A stretch of DNA of 42,443 nt from Nemertoderma westbladi (Eukaryota > Animalia > Xenacoelomorpha), in the NCBI GenBank assembly GCA_032718475.1, contig JAUCBJ010002830.1, positions 1 to 42,443 on the forward strand. Reading direction: 5' to 3'. The notes below the pieces were generated by a model. That model searched no databases and was not told the origin of the DNA. It was given only the letters and a program-made list of their open reading frames with translations. How positions within the stretch are numbered: position 1 is the stretch's first letter; every line of letters begins with the position of its first letter. Shown in pieces: positions 31,801 to 42,443 of this stretch. The position numbers and the translations under genes were made by a program.

Positions 31801-34800
31801 TGGTTGGACAGGGGATGCCGGAGGTAGATGGAATGGTTGGACAGGGTGTGTCGGAGGTAGATGGAGTGGGTGGACATGGGATGCCGGAGGCAGATGGAGT
31901 TGGTGGACAGGGGATGCCGGAGGTAGATGGAGTGGATGGACAGGGGATGTCGGAGGTAGATGGAGTGGTTGGACAGGGGATGCCGGAGGTAGATGGAGTT
32001 GGTGGACAGGGGATGTCGGAGGTAGATGGAGTGGGTGGACAGGGGATGCCGGAGGTAGATGGAGTGGGTGGACAGGGGATGACGGAGGTAGATGGAGTTG
32101 GTGGACAGGGGATATCGGAGGTAGATGGAGTGGGTGGACAGGGGATGCCGGAGGTAGATGGAGTGGGTGGACAGGGGATGCCGGAGGTAGATGGAGTTGG
32201 TGGACAGGGGATATCGGAGGTAGATGGAGTGGGTGGACAGGGGATGCCGGAGGTAGATGGAGTGGGTGGACAGGGGATGACGGAGGTAGATGGAGTGGGT
32301 GGACAGGGGATGCCGGAGGTAGATGGAGTTGGTGGACAGGGGATATCGGAGGTAGATGGAGTGGTTGGACATGGGATGTCGGAGGTAGATGGAGTGAGTG
32401 GACAGGGGATGCCGGAGGTAGATGGAGTTGGTGGACAGGGGATATCGGAGGTAGATGGAGTGGGTGGACAGGGGATGCCGGAGGTAGATGGAGTGGGTGG
32501 ACAGGGGATGACGGAGGTAGATGGAGTGGTTGGACAGGGGATGCCGGAGGTAGATGGAGTGGGTGGACATGGGATGTCGGAGGTAGATGGAGTGAGTGGA
32601 CAGGGGATGCCGGAGGTAGATGGAGTTGGTGGACAGGGGATATCGGAGGTAGATGGAGTGGGTGGACAGGGGATGCCGGAGGTAGATGGAGTGGGTGGAC
32701 AGGGGATGACGGAGGTAGATGGAGTGGTTGGACAGGGGATGCCGGAGGTAGATGGAGTGGGTGGACATGGGATGCCGGAGGCAGATGGAGTTGGTGGACA
32801 GGGTGTGCCGGAGGTAGATGGAGTGGTTGGACAGGGGATGACGGAGGTAGATGGAGTGGTTGGACAGGGGATGCCGGAGGTAGATGGAGTGGGTGGACAT
32901 GGGATGCCGGAGGCAGATGGAGTTGGTGGACAGGGGATGTTGGAGGTAGATGGAGTGGTTGGACAGGGGATGCCGGAGGTAGATGGAGTGGGTGGACATG
33001 GGATGCCGGAGGCAGATGGAGTTGGTGGACAGGGTGTGCCGGAGGTAGATGGAGTGGTTGGACAGGGGATGACGGAGGTAGATGGAGTGGTTGGACAGGG
33101 GATGCCGGAGGTAGATGGAGTGGGTGGACAGGGGATGTCGGAGGTAGATGGAGTGGGTGGACAGGGGATGTCGGAGGTAGATGGAGTTGGTGGACAGGGG
33201 ATGACGGAGGTAGATGGAGTGGTTGGACAGGCGATGCCGGAGGTAGATGGAGTGGTTGGACAGGGGATGCCGGAGGTAGATGGAGTGGGTGGACATGGGA
33301 TGCCGGAGGCAGATGGAGTTGGTGGACAGGGGATGCCGGAGGTAGATGGAGTGGGTGGACAGGGGATATCGGAGGTAGATGGAGTGGGTGGACAGGGGAT
33401 GTCGGAGGTAGAGGAGTGGGTGGACAGGGGGTGCCGGAGGTAGATGGAGTGGGTGGACAGGGGGTGTTGGAGGTAGATGGAGTAAGTGGACAGGGGATGT
33501 CGGAGGTAGATGGAGTGGGTGGACAGGGGGAGTGGGTAGACAGGGGATGTCGGAGGTAAATGGAGTGGGTGGACAGGGTGTGTCGGAGGTAGATGGAATG
33601 GTTGGACAGGGGATGTTGGAGGTAGATGGAGTGGGTGGACAGGGGATGTCGGAGGTAGATGGAGTGGGTGGACAGGGGATGTCGGAGGTAGATGGAGTGG
33701 GTGGACAGGGGGTGCCGAAGGTAGATGGAATGGTTGGACAGGGGATGCCGGAGGTAGATGGAGTGGGTGGACAGGGGATGTCGGAGGTAGATGGAGTGGG
33801 TGGACAGGGGATGTCGGAGGTAGATGGAGTGGGTGGACCCTGGAGAGGGTGTGTCGGAGGTAGATGGAGTGGGTGGACAGGGGGTGCCGAAGGTAGATGG
33901 AATGGTTGGACAGGGGGTGCCGAAGGTAGATGGAATGGTTGGACAGGGGGTGCCGAAGGTAAATGGAATGGTTGGACAGGGGATGCCGGAGGTAGATGGA
34001 GTGGTTGGACAGGCGATGCCGGAGGTAGATGGAGTGGTTGGACAGGGGATGACGGAGGTAGATGGAGTGGGTGGACAGGGGGTGTCGGAGGTGATGGAGT
34101 GGGTGGACAGGGTGTGGCGGAGGTAGATGGAGTGGTTGGACAGGCGATGCCGGAGGTAGATGGAGTGGGTGGACAGGGGATGTTGGAGGTAGATGGAGTG
34201 GGTGGACAGGGGGTGTCGGAGGTAGATGGAGTGGGTGGACAGGGGGTGCCGAAGGTAGATGGAGTGGGTGGACAGGGGATGTCGGAGGTAGATGGAGTGG
34301 GTGGACAGGGGGTGTCGGAGGTAGATGGAGTGGGTGGACAGGCGATGCCGGAGGTAGATGGAGTGGGTGGACAGGGGATGTTGGAGGTAGATGGAGTGGG
34401 TGGACAGGGGGTGTCGGAGGTAGATGGAATGGTTGGACAGGGGATGACGGAGGTAGATGGAGTGGTTGGACAGGCGATGCCGGAGGTAGATGGAGTGGGT
34501 GGACAGGGGATGTTGGAGGTAGATGGAGTGGGTGGACAGGGGGTGTCGGAGGTAGATGGAGTGGGTGGACAGGCGATGCCGGAGGTAGATGGAGTGGGTG
34601 GACAGGGGATGTTGGAGGTAGATGGAGTGGGTGGACAGGGGGTGTCGGAGGTAGATGGAATGGTTGGACAGGGGATGACGGAGGTAGATGGAGTGGTTGG
34701 ACAGGCGATGCCGGAGGTAAATGGAGTGGGTGGACAGGGTGTGTCGGAGGTAGATGGAGTGGTTGGACAGGGGATGCCGGAGGTAGATGGAGTGGGTGGA

Positions 34801-37800
34801 CAGGGGATGTCGGAGGTAAATGGAGTGGGTGGACAGGGTGTGTCGGAGGTAGATGGAATGGTTGGACAGGGGATGTTGGAGGTAGATGGAGTGGGTGGAC
34901 ATGGGATGCCGGAGGTAGATGGAGTGGGTGGACAGGGTGTGTCGGAGGTAGATGGAGTGGTTGGACAGGGGATGTTGGAGGTAGATGGAGTGGGTGGACA
35001 GGGGATGTCGGAGGTAGATGGAATGGTTGGACAGGGTGTGTCGGAGGTAGATGGAGTGGGTGGACAGGGGATGTCGGAGGTAGATGGAGTGGGTGGACAG
35101 GGGGTGCCGGAGGTAGATGGAATGGTTGGACAGGGTGTGTCGGAGGTAGATGGAGTGGGTGGACAGGGGATGCCGGAGGTAGATGGAATGGTTGGACAGG
35201 GTGTGTCGGAGGTAGATGGAGTGGGTGGACAGGGGATGTCGGAGGTAGATGGAGTGGGTGGACAGGGGGTGCCGGAGGTAGATGGAATGGTTGGACAGGG
35301 TGTGTCGGAGGTAGCTGGTGTAAGGAAACGGACAGGGGATGTCGGAGGTAGATGGAGTGGTTGGACAGGGGATGTCAGAGGTAGATGGAGTGGTTGGACA
35401 GGGTGTGTCGGAGGTAGCTGGTGTAAGGAAACGGACAGGGGGTGTCGGAGGTGATGGAGTGGGTGGACAGGGTGTGTCGGAGGTAGATGGAGTGGTTGGA
35501 CAGGGGATGTCAGAGGTAGATGGAGTGGTTGGACAGGGTGTGTCGGAGGTAGCTGGTGTAAGGAAACGGACAGGGGGTGTCGGAGGTGATGGAGTGGGTG
35601 GACAGGGTGTGTCGGAGGTAGATGGAGTGGTTGGACAGGGGATGCCAGAGGTAGATGGAGGGGGGAGTGGGTGGACAGGGTGTGTCGGAGGTAGATGGAG
35701 TGGGTGGACAGGGTGTGTCGGAGGTAGCTGGTGTAAGGAAACGGACAGGGGATGTCGGAGGTGATGGAGTGGGTGGACAGGGTTTTTCGGAGGTAGATGA
35801 AGTGGTTGGACAGGGGATGCCAGAGGCAGATGGAGGGGGGAGTGGGTGGACAGGGTGTGTCGGAGGTAGATGGAGTGGGTGGACAGGGGATGTCAGAGGT
35901 AGATGGAGTGGGTGGACAGGGTGTGTCGGAGGTAGATGGAGTGGGTGGACAGGGTGTGTCGGAGGTAGCTGGTGTAAGGAAACGGACAGGGGATGTCGGA
36001 GGTGATGGAGTGGGTGGACAGAGTGTGTCGGAGGTAGATGGAATGGTTGGACAGGGGATACCGGAGGTAGATGGAGTGGGTGGACAGGGGGTGTTGGAGG
36101 TAGATGGAGTGGGTGGACAGGGGATGTCGGAGGTGATGGAGTGGGTGGACAGGGTGTGTCGGAGGTAGATGGAATGGTTGGACAGGGGATACCGGAGGTA
36201 GATGGAGTGGGTGGACAGGGGGTGTTGGAGGTAGATGGAGTGGGTGGACAGGGTGTGTCGGAGGTAGATGGAGTGGTTGGACATGGGATGCCGGAGGTAG
36301 ATGGAGTGGGTGGACAGGGGATGTTGGAGGTAGATGGAGTGGGTGGACAGGGGGTGTTGGAGGTAGATGGAGTGGGTGGACAGGGGATGTCGGAGGTGAT
36401 GGAGTGGGTGGACAGGGTGTGTCGGAGGTAGATGGAGTGGTTGGACATGGGATGCCGGAGGTAGATGGAATGGTTGGACAGGGGATGCCGGAGGTAGATG
36501 GAGTGGGTGGACAGGGGATGCCGGAGGTAGATGGAGTGGGTGGACAGGGTGTGTCGGAGGTAGATGGAGTGGGTGGACAGGGGATGTTGGAGGTAGATGG
36601 AGTGGGTGGACAGGGGATGTCGGAGGTAGATGGAGTGGGTGGACAGGGGATGTCGGAGGTAGATGGAGTGGGTGGACAGGGTGTGTCGGAGGTAGATGGA
36701 GTGGTTGGACATGGGATGCCGGAGGTAGATGGAATGGTTGGACAGGGGATGCCGGAGGTAGATGGAGTGGGTGGACAGGGGATGCCGGAGGTAGATGGAG
36801 TGGGTGGACAGGGTGTGTCGGAGGTAGATGGAGTGGGTGGACAGGGTGTGTCGGAGGTAGATGGAATGGTTGGACAGGGGATGCCGGAGGTAGATGGAGT
36901 GGGTGGACAGGGGATGTTGGAGGTAGATGGAGTGGGTGGACAGGGGATGTCGGAGGTAGATGGAGTTGGTGGACAGGGGATGTTGGAGGTAGATGGAGTG
37001 GGTGGACAGGGGATGTCGGAGGTAGATGGAATGGTTGGACAGGGGATGCCGGAGGTACATGGAGTGGGTGGACAGGGGATGTTGGAGGTAGATGGAGTGG
37101 GTGGACAGGGGATGCCGGAGGTAGATGGAGTGGGTGGACAGGGTGTGTCGGAGGTAGATGGAATGGTTGGACAGGGGATGCCGGAGGTAGATGGAGTGGG
37201 TGGACAGGGGATGTCGGAGGTAGATGGAGTTGGTGGACAGGGGATGTTGGAGGTAGATGGAGTGGGTGGACAGGGGATGCCGGAGGTAGATGGAGTGGGT
37301 GGACAGGGTGTGTCGGAGGTAGATGGAATGGTTGGACAGGGGATGCCGGAGGTAGATGGAGTGGGTGGACAGGGGATGCCGGAGGTAGATGGAGTGGGTG
37401 GACAGGGTGTGTCGGAGGTAGATGGAATGGTTGGACAGGGGATGCCGGAGGTAGATGGAGTGGGTGGACAGGGGATGTTGGAGGTAGATGGAGTGGGTGG
37501 ACAGGGGATGTCGGAGGTAGATGGAGTTGGTGGACAGGGGATGTTGGAGGTAGATGGAGTGGGTGGACAGGGGATGCCGGAGGTAGATGGAGTGGGTGGA
37601 CAGGGGATGTCGGAGGTAGATGGAATGGTTGGACAGGGGATGCCGGAGGTACATGGAGTGGGTGGACAGGGTGTGCCGGAGGTAGATGGAGTGGTTGGAC
37701 AGAGTGTGTCGGAGGTAGATGGAATGGTTGGACAGGGGATGCCGAAGGTAGATGGAGTGGGGAGTGGGTGGACAGGGTGTGTCGGAGGTAGATGGAGTGG

Positions 37801-40800
37801 TTGGACAGGGGATGTCAGAGGTAGATGGAGTGGGTGGACAGGGGATGTCGGAGGTAGATGGAGTGGATGGACAGGGTGTGTCGGAGGTAGATGGAATGGT
37901 TGGACAGGGGATGCCGGAGGTAGATGGAGTGGGTGGACAGGGGGTGTCGGAGGTAGATGGAGTGGGTGGACAGGGTGTGTCGGAGGTAGATGGAGTGGGT
38001 GGACAGGGTGTGTCGGAGGTAGCTGGTGTAAGGAAACGGACAGGGGATGTCGGAGGTGATGGAGTGGGTGGACAGAGTGTGTCGGAGGTAGATGGAATGG
38101 TTGGACAGGGGTTACCGGAGGTAGATGGAGTGGGTGGACAGGGGATGTTGGAGGTAGATGGAGTGGGTGGACAGGGGATGCCGGAGGTAGATGGAGTGGG
38201 TGGACAGGGGATGTCGGAGGTAGATGGAATGGTTGGACAGGGGATGCCGGAGGTACATGGAGTGGGTGGACAGGGTGTGCCGGAGGTAGATGGAGTGGTT
38301 GGACAGAGTGTGTCGGAGGTAGATGGAATGGTTGGACAGGGGATGCCGAAGGTAGATGGAGTGGGGAGTGGGTGGACAGGGTGTGTCGGAGGTAGATGGA
38401 GTGGTTGGACAGGGGATGTCAGAGGTAGATGGAGTGGGTGGACAGGGGATGTCAGAGGTAGATGGAGTGGATGGACAGGGTGTGTCGGAGGTAGATGGAG
38501 TGGGTGGACAGGGTGTGTCGGAGGTAGCTGGTGTAAGGAAACGGACAGGGGATGTCGGAGGTGATGGAGTGGGTGGACAGAGTGCGTCGGAGGTAGATGG
38601 AATGGTTGGACAGGGGATACCGGAGGTAGATGGAGTGGGTGGACAGGGGGTGTTGGAGGTAGATGGAGTGGGTGGACAGGGTGTGTCGGAGGTAGATGGA
38701 ATGGTTGGACAGGGGATACCGGAGGTAGATGGAGTGGGTGGACAGGGGGTGTTGGAGGTAGATGGAGTGGGTGGACAGGGTGTGTCGGAGGTAGATGGAG
38801 TGGTTGGACAGGGGATGCCGGAGGTAGATGGAGTGGGTGGACAGGGGATGACGGAGGTAGATGGAGTGGGTGGACATGGGATGCCGGAGGCAGATGGAGT
38901 TGGTGGACAGGGGATGCCGGAGGTAGATGGAGTGGGTGGACAGGGGATGTCGGAGGTAGATGGAATGGTTGGACAGGGGATGCCGGAGGTACATGGAGTG
39001 GGTGGACAGGGTGTGCCGGAGGTAGATGGAGTGGTTGGACAGAGTGTGTCGTAGGTAGATGGAATGGTTGGACAGGGGATGCCGGAGGTAGATGGAGTGG
39101 TTGGACGGGGGATGCCGGAGGTAGATGGAGTGGGTGGACAGGGGATGTTGGAGGTAGATGGAGTGGGTGGACAGGGGATGCCGGAGGTAGATGGAATGGT
39201 TGGACAGGGGATGCCGGAGGTAGATGGAGTGGTTGGACAGGGGATGCCGGAGGTAGATGGAGTGGGTGGACAGGGGATGCGGAGGTAGATGGAATGGGTG
39301 GACAGGGGATGCCGGAGGTAGATGGAGTGGGTGGACAGGGGGTGTTGGAGGTAGATGGAGTGGGTAGACAGGGGATGCCGGAGGTAGATGGAATGGGTGG
39401 ACAGGGGATGCCGGAGGTAGATGGAGTGGGTGGACAGGGGATGTCGGAGGTGATGGAGTTGGTGGACAGGGGATGTTGGAGGTAGATGGAGTGGGTGGAC
39501 AGGGTGTGCCGGAGGTAGATGGAGTGGGTGGACAGAGTGTGTCGTAGGTAGATGGAATGGTTGGACAGGGGATGCCGGAGGTAGATGGATTGGGTGGACA
39601 GGGGATGCCGGAGGTAGATGGAGTGGGTGGACATGGGATGCCGGAGGTAGATGGAGTGGTTGGACAGGGGATGCCGGAGGTAGATGGAGTGGGTGGACAG
39701 GGGATGTCGGAGGTAGATGGAATGGTTGGACAGGGGATGCCGGAGGTAGATGGAGTGGTTGGACAGGGGATGCCGGAGGTAGATGGAGTGGGTGGACAGG
39801 GGGTGTCGGAGGTAGATGGAGTGGGTGGGCAGGGGATGCCGGAGGTAGATGGAGTGGGTGGACAGGGGGTGCCGGAGGTAGATGGAATGGTTGGACAGGG
39901 TGTGTCGGAGGTAGATGGAATGGTTGGACAGGGGATGCCGGAGGTAGATGGAGTGGGTGGACAGGGGATGTCGGAGGTAGATGGAATGGTTGGACAGGGG
40001 ATGCCGGAGGTAGATGGAGTGGGTGGACAGGGGATGTCGGAGGTAGATGGAATGGTTGGACAGGGTGTGTCGGAGGTAGATGGAGTGGGTGGACAGGGGA
40101 TGTCGGAGGTAGATCGAATGGGTAGACAGGGGATGCCGGAGGTAGATGGAATGGGTGGACAGGGGATGCCGGAGGTAGATGGAGTGGTTGGACAGGGGAT
40201 GCCGGAGGTAGATGGAATGGTTGGACAGGGGATGCCGGAGGTAGATGGAATGGTTGGACAGGGGATGCCGGAGGTAGATGGAGTGGTTGGACAGGGGATG
40301 CCGGAGGTAGATGGAGTGGGTGGACAGGGGATGTCGGAGGTGATGGAGTGGGTGGACAGGGGATGTCGGAGGTAGATGGAATGGTTGGACAGGGGATGCC
40401 GGAGGTAGATGGAGTGGTTGGACAGGGGATGCCGGAGGTAGATGGAGTGGGTGGGCAGGGGATGCCGGAGGTAGATGGAGTGGGTGGACAGGGGATGTCG
40501 GAGGTAGATGGAATGGTTGGACAGGGGATGCCGGAGGTAGATGGAGTGGGTGGACAGGGGGTGTCGGAGGTAGATGGAGTGGGTGGACAGGGGGTGCCGG
40601 AGGTAGATGGAGTGGGTGGACAGGGGATGCCGGAGGTAGATGGAGTGGGTGGACAGGGGATGCCGGAGGTAGATGGAGTGGTTGGACAGGCGATGCCGGA
40701 GGTAGATGGAGTGGGTGGACATGGGATGTCGGAGGTAGATGGAGTGGGTGGACAGGGGGTGCCGGAGGTAGATGGAGTGGGTGGACAGGGGATGTTGGAG

Positions 40801-42443
40801 GTAGATGGAGTGGGTGGACAGGGGATGCCGGAGGTAGATGGAGTGGGTGGACAGGGGATGTCGGAGGTAGATGGAATGGTTGGACAGGGGATGCCGGAGG
40901 TAGATGGAGTGGTTGGACAGGGGATGCCGGAGGTAGATGGAGTGGGTGGGCAGGGGATGCCGGAGGTAGATGGAGTGGGTGGACAGGGGGTGCCGGAGGT
41001 AGATGGAGTGGGTAGACAGGGGGTGCCGGAGGTAGATGGAGTGGGTGGACAGGGTGTGCCGGAGGTAGATGGAGTGGTTGGACAGAGTGTGTCGTAGGTA
41101 GATGGAATGGTTGGACAGGGGATACCGGAGGTAGATGGAGTGGGTGGACAGGGGATGCCGGAGGTACATGGAGTGGGTGGACAGGGTGTGCCGGAGGTAG
41201 ATGGAGTGGTTGGACAGAGTGTGTCGTAGGTAGATGGAATGGTTGGACAGGGGATACCGGAGGTAGATGGAGTGGGTGGACAGGGGATGCCGGAGGTACA
41301 TGGAGTGGGTGGACAGGGTGTGCCGGAGGTAGATGGAGTGGTTGGACAGAGTGTGTCGTAGGTAGATGGAATGGTTGGACAGGGGATGCCGGAGGTAGAT
41401 GGAGTGGTTGGACAGGGGATGCCGGAGGTAGATGGAGTGGGTGGACAGGGGATGTTGGAGGTAGATGGAGTGGGTGGACAGGGTGTGTCGGAGGTAGATG
41501 GAGTGGTTGGACAGGGGATGTCAGAGGTAGATGGAGTGGGTGGACAGGGTGTGTCGGAGGTAGATGGAGTGGGTGGACAGGGTGTGTCGGAGGTAGATGG
41601 AGTGGGTGGACAGGGGATGTCGGAGGTAGATGGAGTGGGTGGACAGGGGATGTCGGAGGTAGATGGAATGGTTGGACAGGGTGTGTCGGAGGTAGATGGA
41701 ATGGTTGGACAGGGGATGTTGGAGGTAGATGGAGTGGGTGGACAGGGGATCTCGGAGGTAGATGGAATGGTTGGACAGGGGATGCCGGAGGTAGATGGAG
41801 TGGGTGGACAGGGGATGTCGGAGGTAGATGGAATGGTTGGACAGGGTGTGTCGGAGGTAGATGGAGTGGGTGGACAGGGGATGTCGGAGGTAGATCGAGT
41901 GGGTGGACAGGGTGTGTCGGAGGTAGATGGAATGGTTGGACAGGGGATGCCGGAGGTACATGGAGTGGGTGGACAGGGTGTGTCGGAGGTAGATGGAGTG
42001 GGTGGACAGGGGATGTCGGAGGTAGATGGAATGGTTGGACAGGGTGTGTCGGAGGTAGATGGAGTGGGTGGACAGGGGATGTCGGAGGTAGATGGAATGG
42101 TTGGACAGGGTGTGTCGGAGGTAGATGGAATGGTTGGACAGGGGATGTTGGAGGTAGATGGAGTGGGTGGACAGGGGATGTCGGAGGTAGATGGAATGGT
42201 TGGACAGGGGATGCCGGAGGTAGATGGAGTGGGTGGACAGGGGATGTCGGAGGTAGATGGAATGGTTGGACAGGGTGTGTCGGAGGTAGATGGATTGGGT
42301 GGACAGGGGATGCCGGAGGTAGATGGAATGGTTGGACAGGGGATGCCGGAGGTAGATGGAGTGGGTGGACAGGGGATGTCGGAGGTAGATGGAATGGTTG
42401 GACAGGGGATGCCGGAGGTAGATGGAGTGGGTGGACAGGGGAT
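25814..42443 (+). repeat. 33-bp G-rich minisatellite/satellite array, at least 16.6 kb (~500 units), running off the window end
   Basis: Consensus GGACAGGGGATG(C/T)CGGAGGTAGATGGAGTGG(G/T)T with recurrent variants and occasional indels. Confidence 0.98.

Noticed and set aside
25777-41961. Very long minus-strand ORFs (3041, 3421, 1374 and 949 aa) and many plus-strand ORFs in the satellite
   Set aside because: The 33-bp unit is a multiple of 3 and has no stop in five of six frames. The ORFs drift between the three repeat translations at indels, which is the signature of non-coding tandem DNA.
22321-42443. CRISPR-like arrays
   Set aside because: The repeats are head-to-tail with no unique spacers, there are no cas genes, and the context is eukaryotic.
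25814-42443. Canonical telomere repeats
   Set aside because: No TTAGGG or TTAGG arrays are present.

Overview
Eukaryotic window, most likely an invertebrate metazoan; there are no prokaryotic features. Bases 1-3394 hold an apparently intact DNA transposon with a Sola2-like DDD transposase, 12-bp terminal inverted repeats and a repeated 14-bp subterminal motif. The four recognisable housekeeping genes all have intron-free coding sequences and lie in two co-oriented pairs: ARV1 then MARCHF6 (only 57 bp apart), and a TMEM14-family gene then WRAP53/TCAB1. WRAP53 carries about 49 in-frame copies of a 27-bp (9-aa) repeat. A small orphan membrane-protein ORF lies on the minus strand. The intergenic DNA is a patchwork of non-autonomous elements: Ginger-type, Tc/pogo-type, HINE-like, hAT-like, and tiny CAYG-ended hairpins. 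The last 16.6 kb (25814 to the window end) is a G-rich 33-bp minisatellite of roughly 500 units with higher-order duplications; all the giant ORFs there are repeat artefacts. The best candidate for a new system is the operon-like or shared-promoter organisation of the intronless gene pairs.
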